The notes under the pieces were generated by a model, which saw only the letters and a program-made list of their open reading frames with translations, was not told the DNA's origin and did no database searches. Shown piece by piece: positions 40,334 through 50,352 of a DNA stretch of 64,000 nt (position 1 is its first letter; every line of letters starts with the position of its first letter). The position numbers and the translations under genes were made by a program. The DNA is from a virus: positions 4,828 to 68,827 of IMG/VR virus record IMGVR_UViG_3300011815_000021. One strand, given 5' to 3'.

Positions 40334-41197
40334 CTATTTCGAACTCCTTAATTTTTTCATTCTTTCTTTTGCTTTGTTGCGATCTACTTCAGTTTTACAT
40401 CCATTACAATATTTTTGTTTATTATTTCTAGGTCTAAATAAGCAACCGCAATTTTTACATCTTTTAAGTACAATTTTATCTTTACCAATACTCGGTACAT
40501 AAAGCCCATAATACTCTTTTTGATAATTTTTAAAGTATCCATTTAACCCTTTACAAAAATACTTAATACAATAATTATCCTCGCACCAAGTATCAATACT
40601 AAGCACCATTTCATTTTCTTTCTCATATTCATCAAGAGGAATAAAATTATCAAACATTTTTCTAAAATATTTTTCAACTAATTTTTTATACTCATTCCAT
40701 GATAAGTTCATTTTTTCTTTTGCAAATTTTTCTTTTATTAAAATAGAATTATTAAAGGCATTATCTATTGTTTTAGTTAATTCTTCAACTATAAAATTAT
40801 CACCTTTTGTCCATCTATAATATAGGTTTTTAGGAATTTTTATTAAATCCATATATTCTTTCTTTAAAATAACCCTACTATCAAACATATTGGTATAAAT
40901 ATTGTTTACTTTTTGTCTTATCAAACTAACAAAATCAGTATCAGTGGTTCTAGGCTTATAACCCATATATGTAATAATTGTCCATGTATTAAATATTTGT
41001 CCTATTTCTGTGTTTATTAAATCACTTCTAACGTTAAACTTAATGTCTTTTTTATAAGCTCTACGCTTGTTTTTACTTTCCCATATAGCTGTACAAAAGG
41101 CTTTAAATATATCATTTTTAATGTCATCATTAGTTTTATTTTTATAATCATCGAGTATTTCATACATGTATTTATCTTCAATACTATAAATTATCAT
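40334..41197 (-). CDS. conserved protein with C-terminal zinc finger, coupled to the RNA polymerase gene
   Basis: CKNC...KYCNGC; start overlaps the end of the YonO-like gene. Confidence 0.7.
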   Translation of the reverse strand: MIIYSIEDKYMYEILDDYKNKTNDDIKNDIFKAFCTAIWESKNKRRAYKKDIKFNVRSDLINTEIGQIFNTWTIITYMGYKPRTTDTDFVSLIRQKVNNIYTNMFDSRVILKKEYMDLIKIPKNLYYRWTKGDNFIVEELTKTIDNAFNNSILIKEKFAKEKMNLSWNEYKKLVEKYFRKMFDNFIPLDEYEKENEMVLSIDTWCEDNYCIKYFCKGLNGYFKNYQKEYYGLYVPSIGKDKIVLKRCKNCGCLFRPRNNKQKYCNGCKTEVDRNKAKERMKKLRSSK

Positions 41198-43793
41198 CAC
41201 ACCCCTTAAACTCATAATATTTACCTAAATATTCATATGTATTTTTAGTCTCATAAGGTACTTCAATAATAGAAATATTCTTATTAGGATTAGAATTTTC
41301 ACTTAAATTCTTAATTATATAATCACCATAACCACCCCAAGCTAAACTTTTGCTTATAGATGAATTACTATAAGATACCTTGATTACATAATTTGCAGCC
41401 ATTTCTTCATTTGACAGACCTTTTATTTCTTTAATTTTATCTTTATATGTATTAACTATGTTTTTAGATAGTATTGCACGTTCTTCATCACTTTTTTCTG
41501 AAAGTATCTTCATTTTTTCACTATACTCATTAATCGAATGTCTAACATTTTTAATAATTAATTTATCGTTTAAGTCTAAATTATTATTTAAAATTAAACA
41601 TTTAGTATCAACTGTTGTATTATCCCAAATTAAATTTCTTTTTTCCCACGCATTAATATAATCACATAATTCATTCATAGGAGAAGGGGAGCGATACGCA
41701 TTTAATTTAACTTTGTCCTTATAATCTTCAACATGCTTATTTTTTTGTCTTAATTTTTCATAAGTTTTTAATTTTTTAGGATAGTTATATAATAAAAATA
41801 CAGGTAACTGTTTTAAGTTTTTTCTCAAACTTTTATTCATTTGCCAACGTAAGCCAGTTTTTAAAAAGTCTATTTCTTTACCTTGAAAAATTCTTAATAA
41901 GCTTGCATAATCAGAATATAATTTTTGAATTTCTGGATTAGTGGTATATTTATTTTCAATGCTTGTAGCAACATTGGTAATTTCACCAATTCTATTATCA
42001 CGACTATTCATTTCATACTCAACTATATCTTCTTTTGTATATTTTTTAGATTTAGCAGTTGATTTATCTTCAATGTCTATAATAATAGGCTTATCTATCT
42101 TAGATTCTATAATGATAGGATTATTGCATAAAAACACAGCATCTCCATCATAATCCATACCACCCTGCTGTGGAGCAGATAAATCATACATATTAAGCAT
42201 TACAACATCTTGATTCTTAAAATGAGAAAACCATTTATTTGTTATATCATTAGAAACTATATTAACTGAATTGACTTCAGAAGGGCATACAAGGGGTGAT
42301 CTAAAAGATAGTACTTTACCTTTAGGTATTGTATCTGCATAAAATTCTTTATCTTTTAAACAACCAACTGGCTCTAATCCAACTGCGTATTGCAAATATC
42401 CAATCATATCACCAACAACAGTATGATAAAATCCATCGGCAAAAATCTTTCCAAATTTCGCATCATTAATCATTTTCTTTAGTTTACGATATATAAATTG
42501 TTTAACAGCCACATCTTTTAGCATAATATCATTAATTAACGCAGCTTGAATATATTTACTGTTTGACTCGTAATCCTCAGTATCGGTTACACCCATAAAT
42601 TTATATGTATAAAATTTGTCACCTTTAATTATTTTTTCAAACAAAGATGTTGTATATTTTGCTATTGTAATCATTTTACCTTCATTTTCTTTTGCTAAAA
42701 TATCATAGTTTTCAGGTGGTTTAGTGTTAAATGTTTCTATGTATTTAGGATTCCATAAATCAAGACATTGTAAATATTGAAAATTCATTCTAGCTTTCAA
42801 ATACAAGTCTTTCATATGGTGACTATATTTACTTATACCAAGTTTAAAATTATATTTTTTTATAGTTTCTATATATTTTTCCCAAGCTAAATCATAATAT
42901 TTTTCTTTAAATATTTTGTGTCCTTTAAACATTGAAGTATTCCAAATACAATCAATTTCATCAATCTTGTGTTGTTTTCCATATATATCTGTTATGTATT
43001 CATATCCCCATTCTTTTAATATTTGTTTAAATGGCACATAGACGGAATATCCTTTTATAAAAGGCAATCTTATTTGTCCACCAATGGCATTATAATCAAG
43101 ACTTAAAGCTGAACTCATTTTCTCCATAAATTCTTTTTCGTGACAACCACACCCATCAAAAGGGGATAATTTAATTTCATGATAATCTTCTTCAATTTCT
43201 CTTGATTTATATTTTTTATTAGTATTAGTTTCTTTATCTAAAAATTCTTTTTCCTTTTCTACAACATATCTTATCCACTGGTTATTTAATGTTTTTTCAT
43301 ATTCACCAATAATTACAATATTGGGAAAATAATCTTTTACAAATGTACAAGAGCTAAATATTAAACATCTCTGAGCTTCATATTTTGATATTACACATTC
43401 ATCAATTTCAATATCCATTTGTGAAATTGTATATAACTCATCAAACATATTTTCACGTATAAAAGCAGTTATACCATCTTTGCCTTGAGATGATGATTTT
43501 CCAAATCTAACATATTTAATACCATTAAATACAAATCCGCCTGTTAAAATTTGTCTTAGCTCTTTTTCTGTTTTAGGGTTCTTTTTAGCTTCAAGTAATA
43601 TTAATTCTGAAACATATAAAGATTCTTTTCCTCTTAGTATTTCTATTTGATTAAGAAGGGGAGAGTTATCTTGTTCAATTAGACAATCTAACTCAATGAC
43701 TTCTTTTTTTGTTAAGCTTACATTGTAATTATTATCTATTAAAAACTTTATAGGTAATTTTATTAGTGAGTATTGCTTTGTTTTTATATTTAT
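41184..43793 (-). CDS. yonO: YonO-like single-subunit RNA polymerase, probable ATA start (869 aa)
   Basis: GGMDYDGD (DxDGD), RSP, QIRLPFIKG, DG.G; GFVFNGIKYVRFGKSSSQ lies upstream of the first ATG; AGGAGGA-7 nt-ATA. Confidence 0.9.
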   Translation of the reverse strand: MNIKTKQYSLIKLPIKFLIDNNYNVSLTKKEVIELDCLIEQDNSPLLNQIEILRGKESLYVSELILLEAKKNPKTEKELRQILTGGFVFNGIKYVRFGKSSSQGKDGITAFIRENMFDELYTISQMDIEIDECVISKYEAQRCLIFSSCTFVKDYFPNIVIIGEYEKTLNNQWIRYVVEKEKEFLDKETNTNKKYKSREIEEDYHEIKLSPFDGCGCHEKEFMEKMSSALSLDYNAIGGQIRLPFIKGYSVYVPFKQILKEWGYEYITDIYGKQHKIDEIDCIWNTSMFKGHKIFKEKYYDLAWEKYIETIKKYNFKLGISKYSHHMKDLYLKARMNFQYLQCLDLWNPKYIETFNTKPPENYDILAKENEGKMITIAKYTTSLFEKIIKGDKFYTYKFMGVTDTEDYESNSKYIQAALINDIMLKDVAVKQFIYRKLKKMINDAKFGKIFADGFYHTVVGDMIGYLQYAVGLEPVGCLKDKEFYADTIPKGKVLSFRSPLVCPSEVNSVNIVSNDITNKWFSHFKNQDVVMLNMYDLSAPQQGGMDYDGDAVFLCNNPIIIESKIDKPIIIDIEDKSTAKSKKYTKEDIVEYEMNSRDNRIGEITNVATSIENKYTTNPEIQKLYSDYASLLRIFQGKEIDFLKTGLRWQMNKSLRKNLKQLPVFLLYNYPKKLKTYEKLRQKNKHVEDYKDKVKLNAYRSPSPMNELCDYINAWEKRNLIWDNTTVDTKCLILNNNLDLNDKLIIKNVRHSINEYSEKMKILSEKSDEERAILSKNIVNTYKDKIKEIKGLSNEEMAANYVIKVSYSNSSISKSLAWGGYGDYIIKNLSENSNPNKNISIIEVPYETKNTYEYLGKYYEFKGCDDNL

Positions 43794-43849
43794 AGCTTTA
43801 TCCTCCTGTTATGTATAATAATGTTATATCCAATCAAAGTTCAATTTTA

Positions 43850-44020
43850 TTATTTAAAAATCGCTACAATTATTCCAATTATCAAAAATAGTAAGTAGAA
43901 ATGACTACTTGTTAATGTAATGTTTTTAAATAATGGTTGTAATACTTCTATAAACATGTCATCAATATCAAACCATGTTAATATCCAAGCTATTAATAAA
44001 GCATCTATAATACTGCTCAT
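43850..44020 (-). CDS. 56-aa two-helix membrane protein
   Basis: MSSIIDALLIAWILTWF...FYLLFLIIGIIVAIFK; GAGGT RBS. Confidence 0.6.
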   Translation of the reverse strand: MSSIIDALLIAWILTWFDIDDMFIEVLQPLFKNITLTSSHFYLLFLIIGIIVAIFK

Positions 44021-44280
44021 CATCTAACCTCAACTTTAACTTTTTCAACACCAAACATTCTACTAATCAAAAATACACAATATCCGTCAAGTAGCACTCC
44101 ATTGGTATCAATTATTATCTTCTCTAATTTACCTGTCCGAATATAATTGAAATACTTGGTTGCTAGTTTATTAGCCATAGGTGGATGAGCTATAAAGTCA
44201 TCTGATATTTTTATTTCTGAAAGCTTTAAAGTAACTTTCTCACCTGATATGTAATTTAATTTTCTTTTTAATTTAAACAT
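44020..44280 (-). CDS. small ParB-N-like protein
   Basis: IKISDDF..HPP...IIIDTNGVLLDGY. Confidence 0.55.
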   Translation of the reverse strand: MFKLKRKLNYISGEKVTLKLSEIKISDDFIAHPPMANKLATKYFNYIRTGKLEKIIIDTNGVLLDGYCVFLISRMFGVEKVKVEVR

Positions 44281-44810
44281 TTATTTTCCTCCTTGTACCA
44301 TCTATAAAATCCATCAACATCATCTTCTTTAATTAAGCTGCCATCATAAAACACAAAAGTATGCGTTAGTTTGCTGTCATATGTAGACAAAGTATCACTA
44401 ATAACATTTCTTGTTTTACCACTGTAAAAGCTATCATCTACAAATATAAAATTCTTGTTCCTTAATAACTCAATATCTATATTACATAAGTTAATAACTG
44501 GTTGTGTAGCTCTTAAACCACCATTGACGCATATAATAGGTTTATCCTCAAAATAATTTTGTTCATTTACATAATGAGATATATAATGAGAAAATACTGA
44601 ACCAAATTTACCGCTTACAATAATTCCTTGATAATCAAAATTAAATGTTTTAATAAAACTAATCATGTGATCAAATAAGTTTTTATCTTGTCTAATATTC
44701 TCATCTAGTAAGTCAAAGAACTTCTCTCCACCTTCATGATGGAGTAGGCATTTCTTAACTATTTTGTTAATTGCTCTGTTTTGTTTATTAATTAAATTCT
44801 GATTGTTCAC
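44268..44810 (-). CDS. type I phosphoribosyltransferase-like protein
   Basis: PRPP-binding loop FIFVDDSFYSGKT. Confidence 0.75.
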   Translation of the reverse strand: MNNQNLINKQNRAINKIVKKCLLHHEGGEKFFDLLDENIRQDKNLFDHMISFIKTFNFDYQGIIVSGKFGSVFSHYISHYVNEQNYFEDKPIICVNGGLRATQPVINLCNIDIELLRNKNFIFVDDSFYSGKTRNVISDTLSTYDSKLTHTFVFYDGSLIKEDDVDGFYRWYKEENKCLN

Positions 44811-45677
44811 TAAACACTCACCTCATCAACTGACTTACTGTTTATTTCAAACAACATATCATCTATGAATACTTCCATAATTTTTCTAACATCAGGAGTG
44901 TAAGCTATTGCATCCATAGTGCCACATTTTTTACAATTATTACGGTAACAAAAATCATCAACTGTTTGAGTTAATAATTCAGATCCATATGCTTCGCTAA
45001 ATTCACTAAATATTTTTCTATAAGTATTTGTATAACCCTCATCTTCTGGGAAATAAAAATCTCTTAATATAGTAAATTTAGAAAGACATTTTACTAACCC
45101 ATGCAGGCATATATGCAGATTTAAAAACTTCTTTAGGTTTGTTTTCATTTAACATAGTTGTTAGAATTTCATACATCTTATTTGATTGTTCTTGCATTGA
45201 TAACATAGTAGACATTAACATTTTGTTATTTTCAGCAATCATATTCATCATCATAGAATTCATCATAGTTGTAGGATTGTTATTCTCTTGTAACTTCTTA
45301 CTTGCTATTTTTAATCCTTGCTCACAAGCTATAAAATATTGTCTTGCTTGCTCATGTCTTTCTGTATTACCAGTCATAGATAGTTTCTTTGCAAACTCTG
45401 ATGTGATTTTATAATCAGTTTTCTTTTGACCGCCCCATTCTTCATTCATGACGAATGGAAAATATTCTGTATTTTTTAACGCAAAATTATTATTTTTAAT
45501 ATTAGAATTACACCATCTTGAAAAATTCTTTGGTTCTAATCTTAAAAAATCATATAATTTACTTGCCGTTGTCATTCCATCTTCATCAATCTGTAAAGCT
45601 ATTTCTATTGGTGTTCTATCTGTATCTGTGTTATGTACTGTGTTTACTGTCTCTAGTTCATTTTCCTTTCTTCTCAT
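44810..45677 (-). pseudogene. AntA/AntB-like antirepressor split by a 1-nt insertion near 45085
   Basis: TPIEIALQIDEDG.TTA.KLY.FL...FAKKLSM...ARQYF; second ORF lacks an RBS and continues the first in the +1 frame (WVSKM-x-SKFTIL). Confidence 0.65.
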
Positions 45678-45700
45678 TTCCTTCTCCTTATTCTTCTTTT

Positions 45701-46093
45701 CTAACTCCAAACCTCAAAATAGAAGTCATTTAATCTAACCTTCAAATCAGGTATAAATCTAAGCAACTCTCTAACTTGTCCTATGTAATAGCAATACTCA
45801 ATTTCACCTTTACGGATATTCTTTAGTACATCATTGATAAACTTTATGTAGTATGTATAATTGGTTTCATTGTTGTCACTTTCTGATAGTCTTACAAATT
45901 GTCCGTTTACCTTGTACTGTAGAGTAGTGGGACTTAATTTCTTTTCCTTAGTGGGATGATTTGATAATTTCATAAGTTTTAGTTGCTGCTGAAATTCATC
46001 GTTGGTCATATGTAATATTGTAGATAATGCTGCTGCTTTGGTATTATCTGATAGTAGTTGTTTGTTTAGTTGCTTTAATTCTTCTAATCTCAT
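45701..46093 (-). CDS. hypothetical protein
   Basis: RBS AAGGAG; FINDVL..IR.G...Y.Y. Confidence 0.7.
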   Translation of the reverse strand: MRLEELKQLNKQLLSDNTKAAALSTILHMTNDEFQQQLKLMKLSNHPTKEKKLSPTTLQYKVNGQFVRLSESDNNETNYTYYIKFINDVLKNIRKGEIEYCYYIGQVRELLRFIPDLKVRLNDFYFEVWS

Positions 46094-46150
46094 TTATATC
46101 TCCTTAAAATATTTTATGGTTTTGTAAATTGCATCTTAATATCAAAAAAA

Positions 46151-47062
46151 TTATTTCAAATAACTAAATTTATTAAATACTGTCATGTCTCTAATTTTAT
46201 CGTCATAGTAATTAGAATTATTTTTTTCATTTAATTTGTTATATTTCTCATTTTCAGATTTAATGTATAGATATATTTCAATGATATCTTGTTTTGGATA
46301 CTCTTTACCATTGCATAAAGCAATATATTTCTGAGATAATGACCTTTTTGAATTTGATTTATTCTTATTCATTTTCACATAATTAATAGAGTTTTTATAC
46401 TTTTGCTGATTCTTAGCAAATTCATCTATATAAAGTTTATATTTAGCTCTACCATAGATATTAGTTAGAGATTTAATATCGTCATTATCTAAATAAGCAT
46501 CATTGCTTCTATAGACATAAATTAAATTATTTTCTATTAAAATGTTATTATAAGCCATTATTGTATTACGATTTAATTTAGTAATCTTACTTAGATAATC
46601 TATAGTCATGTTACCTATAATGTTCCTTTTACTATCAAAATCAATGTATACCTCAATACTTCCATTTATAGTGCCTATAAGCAATATGAAATATTTTAAT
46701 AAATTGAACTTTCCTGTATAATCAATATTCATAATAGTTGTTATTTCATTGCTATCTACTTCAATATACTTTTGAGATTTACCATCAATATAAAGAGAAG
46801 ATAGGTCTAGGGAATAAATCTTTTTATTACTTTCAATTATTAAAACATATTCATTGTCAATTAACTCATTCAAACCACAGGATATATACTCATTAAATCT
46901 TCTGGGTAAAGTTAGTTTATTTAAAATGTAATAAGATAATAATTCCGATGTAACGTAGTATTCTTTTACTTGCTCCGTCATAATAAATCTTAGTCCATAA
47001 TATGCTGCTAGTGCATAAGGTGAAAGTCTTTCTACTAATTCCTTATTTAAATAAACATTGAT
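46151..47062 (-). CDS. putative replication initiator-like DNA-binding protein, probable ATC start
   Basis: wHTH-like IDYLSKITKLNRNTIMAYNNILIENNLIYV..N.YGR; AAGGAGTG-7 nt-ATC; repeats upstream. Confidence 0.55.
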   Translation of the reverse strand: MNVYLNKELVERLSPYALAAYYGLRFIMTEQVKEYYVTSELLSYYILNKLTLPRRFNEYISCGLNELIDNEYVLIIESNKKIYSLDLSSLYIDGKSQKYIEVDSNEITTIMNIDYTGKFNLLKYFILLIGTINGSIEVYIDFDSKRNIIGNMTIDYLSKITKLNRNTIMAYNNILIENNLIYVYRSNDAYLDNDDIKSLTNIYGRAKYKLYIDEFAKNQQKYKNSINYVKMNKNKSNSKRSLSQKYIALCNGKEYPKQDIIEIYLYIKSENEKYNKLNEKNNSNYYDDKIRDMTVFNKFSYLK

Positions 47063-47132
47063 ATTTAAACACTCCTTCCTATAATGTAAATTACGTGCCT
47101 TGTAACCGTTGCAAATCAATCGAGGTCTATTT

Positions 47133-47242
47133 TGTGGTAAAATCTTGTACACTTTACTTCAAAACTTGGTCTAGTAGCTGTACAAAAAATTACCACATAT
47201 TAGACTCATATAAGTATTAACTATATAATAAGTATTAACTAT
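47133..47242. repeat. inverted + direct repeats, candidate origin
   Basis: 19-bp IR (47133-47151 / 47179-47197, 16/19) and ATAAGTATTAACTAT x2 (47210, 47228). Confidence 0.6.
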
Positions 47243-49706
47243 TATATTCACACTCTCTTTCGAGAGATGTAGGTAAGAAATTTTTTCAGTTTAGTTAAAT
47301 TATAGTATTGTAAATTGTATTTCAAAGTAAAAAAATATTACCAAAAGTGGTCTCATATATATTATACGATTTTAGTAAATAAAAAGTGAAAGTTTTGTAA
47401 AAAGTATTTTAAATTATTTTTTATCTTATTCAGTGCAGTTGTGAAAATATATTGATATATAATAGGATTTAGAGGTTGTTTAAGATTTTAGATAATATGT
47501 ATTCTAGTATAAGTAAGGATTTTGGATGTTAGATAATGGTTATATGTAATGATAATGTCTTTATATTTAAATATATGTAAATTACACCCCAGCAGCAATA
47601 GAGTATATACTAAATAAATTTAATTTAGTATATATAATTTTAAAGGTACGTGTAGGACTTGTATCTCAATTCCTAGGTAGGTGATATGGGTATGTAGTAT
47701 AATTGGTCAATCGTGATATTGCGTTGCTAGAATTGACGATTTAAGAAGGTGGTTTTAGAAGTTTAAGAATTTCTAACTTATTGTTTATTGAAAGCTATAT
47801 TTAATATTTTAGGTGATGTTCATCTGACTAGTATGAGCTTCGGTAGATATGATAAATATAAACTATGATTTAGTTATCAAATGCTGTGGCTATAAGGGTC
47901 ATATTGATTCTGATTATAGTGAATTTTGATTAGATTTATATGTTATTGAATGTGTATTGCATGATTACTGATGTTATTCGGTAGAATGTTGTAATTGTAA
48001 TGGGTGTATAGTATTTAGGAGCGAATATTAGGGGTTATTGGGTTATTTTTAAGATGTTAGAAATGAAGTTTATGTTGGAAAATAGATATTTTACCGAAGT
48101 GATTATCGAAGATAATTTGAGGAATTTGGGTTAATTTTAAGAAATTTAATAGTAATTTTAATCGGAGTTGAAAATCATATGTGATGTGTGAGTGGAACAG
48201 ATAGGACTATTTCCAACATATTAACAATGTTTCAAAATGTAAATATACCCCCATGTAGTATTGATACTAACTGCTAATTGATTATAATTATTGATGTTTC
48301 AATGTCTTAAAGTGGTAAATGTCCAGTTAACCATTTAAAGAATTATGTTAATTTTAAATATATTTTATATGTTGATATATTTTCTTTAATGGTTATTAAG
48401 AGGTAAACTTAATTACTATATATGCAGAGATACATATTCATAAATGCATAAGTTCGATTTTGATTGTTTTTAATAAATATAGTTTACAAGTAGTTATCAT
48501 TACTACATGATGTAGATTATAAACCATGTAATACTATAATCGTAACTATATAATATTCTATATCATATCACATAGTATTAAAAACTACATAGACCAGTTA
48601 ATCAGTTAATCAGTTTATTAAGTAATCAATCAACTAACTAATCACATAATCAGCATAATACTATTTAGCCTCATTGACCTAACTACTCCATATTACAATA
48701 ATGCAACAATTACAATAAAAATCTACCAATAATATATTTTACTTCTTTTATTTCCTCTATACGTCCAAATTTCACCCTTACAATCAACCTAATCAATCCA
48801 CCATACAATCCCATTACTATTTAATTCAATCACCGTTATAATCAATCCTACAACCACAATATATCCTTGATATTTCAACATTATTCAACTAATACACAAA
48901 TCATATCTCCAAATATTAAACGTTTGTAATATCTTTATTAAGCTATTGTAACCCATACAACCAAGTAATTGCAACACTTACAAGTCTCGATAATCAGGTA
49001 ATTAATTCATTTGAGATACAATTTACAAAATAAAGATTGACGTTTATAAATCCATGTGTTATAATTAGTTATAAGTTAAATAAGACATAAGCACTCACAT
49101 AAATTACTTACAAGTTTTATAAATTGCACTTTAAGACTTGCAACTTTTAAAGCAATATAGCACATTGACAAACTAAATAGTTAAAGTAAATTTAATCTAG
49201 TATATACATTTTATATAGCTTGTGCAGTATTTAAAACATATAGAAGTTTTAGAAATACAATAACTATTTATATATTGTGACATCATATGAGTTGTGTGTA
49301 GCTAGGATGAGCGACACAACGAAAATAAAATTTATTTTTTTTAGAATTAAGATACAGTTTACAAAACAGAACACAAACATAAAACAAAACCAAACAATCA
49401 AAATAGGTTTAGATTCTATCACTGCATAATCACTATTTTAATAATTGTTTAGTTATAAATATATAAATCAAATATAAACAAATATTTAAAAACCTATTAA
49501 GAATACAAGATATTAAATAAGCAACAAACATCTAGTTTATAGCATTAAAAGTCAATAAACTTTTAGCTAACACAAACAAGAAATTTTGTAAAATGCTTAG
49601 TAGTAAGACGTTAATTGTTACATCAGTAACGCATTTAAATGTTAATAACTTGTATTTTTAAGTATCTTTTTAAATACAAAATAAGAAAAATACAAGAGGT
49701 GTAAAC
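47153..49706. other. ~2.5-kb non-coding divergence region with strand-composition inversion
   Basis: No ORF of 60 aa or more; G/T-rich left half, C/A-rich right half. Confidence 0.8.
49037..49065 (+). promoter_or_regulatory. strong sigma-A promoter for right arm
   Basis: TTGACG-17 nt-TATAAT with extended TG; preceded by AGATACAATTTACAAAA. Confidence 0.75.
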
Positions 49707-49859
49707 ATGGATAAAGAACTAAAACAACAAGTTATAAATTTCATAACTTCTGTGGGAGGTAATGAAGAAGATATTGACATAATTACCGAAGAAGTTGAGA
49801 AAATAAACTTTAAAACATTTGAAGAAATAAAAGCATATATTGAGAATTATTATTTGTAA
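49707..49859 (+). CDS. 50-aa hypothetical protein
   Basis: GAGGTG RBS; MDKELKQQ...ENYYL. Confidence 0.65.
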   Translation: MDKELKQQVINFITSVGGNEEDIDIITEEVEKINFKTFEEIKAYIENYYL

Positions 49860-49923
49860 AAATATTGTTATAATATCTCAACTGTGCTATAATAAAAACA
49901 ATAAATAGAAGAGGGTATATACT

Positions 49924-50205
49924 ATGAGTGAAAAAGAAATACTTGAGTTACTATTAAGTGAAATTAAAGGAATTAAACAAGATATTACTAGTTTAGATAA
50001 TAAAATTAATAGCTTAGACAACAAATTTGATAACTTACAAAACCAAGTTGATACTATCTCAAATGAAGTTGTTGGTATTAAACTAACATTAGAAAATGTA
50101 ACTAATAGAAATATCAATCTTTTAGTTGATGGACATAGCAACACAGATAAAAAATTAGAGAATCACGAAACTAGAATTACGAAACTTGAAAAGTTAGCAA
50201 TATAA
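49924..50205 (+). CDS. coiled-coil protein
   Basis: Heptad repeats SLDNKINSLDNKFDNL; downstream terminator hairpin. Confidence 0.75.
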   Translation: MSEKEILELLLSEIKGIKQDITSLDNKINSLDNKFDNLQNQVDTISNEVVGIKLTLENVTNRNINLLVDGHSNTDKKLENHETRITKLEKLAI

Positions 50206-50352
50206 TTACATATAAATATTAAAATTTTAAAGCACTTTATTAGTTTATTAATAAGGTGCTTTATTGTTTGTAAATTTATATACCTAAAATATATACATTA
50301 TTTATGAAATAAGATATACTATTTATAATTATTTTATAGAGGTGTATATATC

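Noticed and set aside
41184..43793. RNA-dependent RNA polymerase / RNA-virus insertion
   Set aside because: Context and motifs fit the YonO family, whose characterised member is a DNA-dependent phage polymerase.
47153..49706. CRISPR array or telomere-resolvase hairpin site
   Set aside because: No regularly spaced repeats; the central inverted repeat is short and imperfect with a large loop; no cas or protelomerase gene seen.
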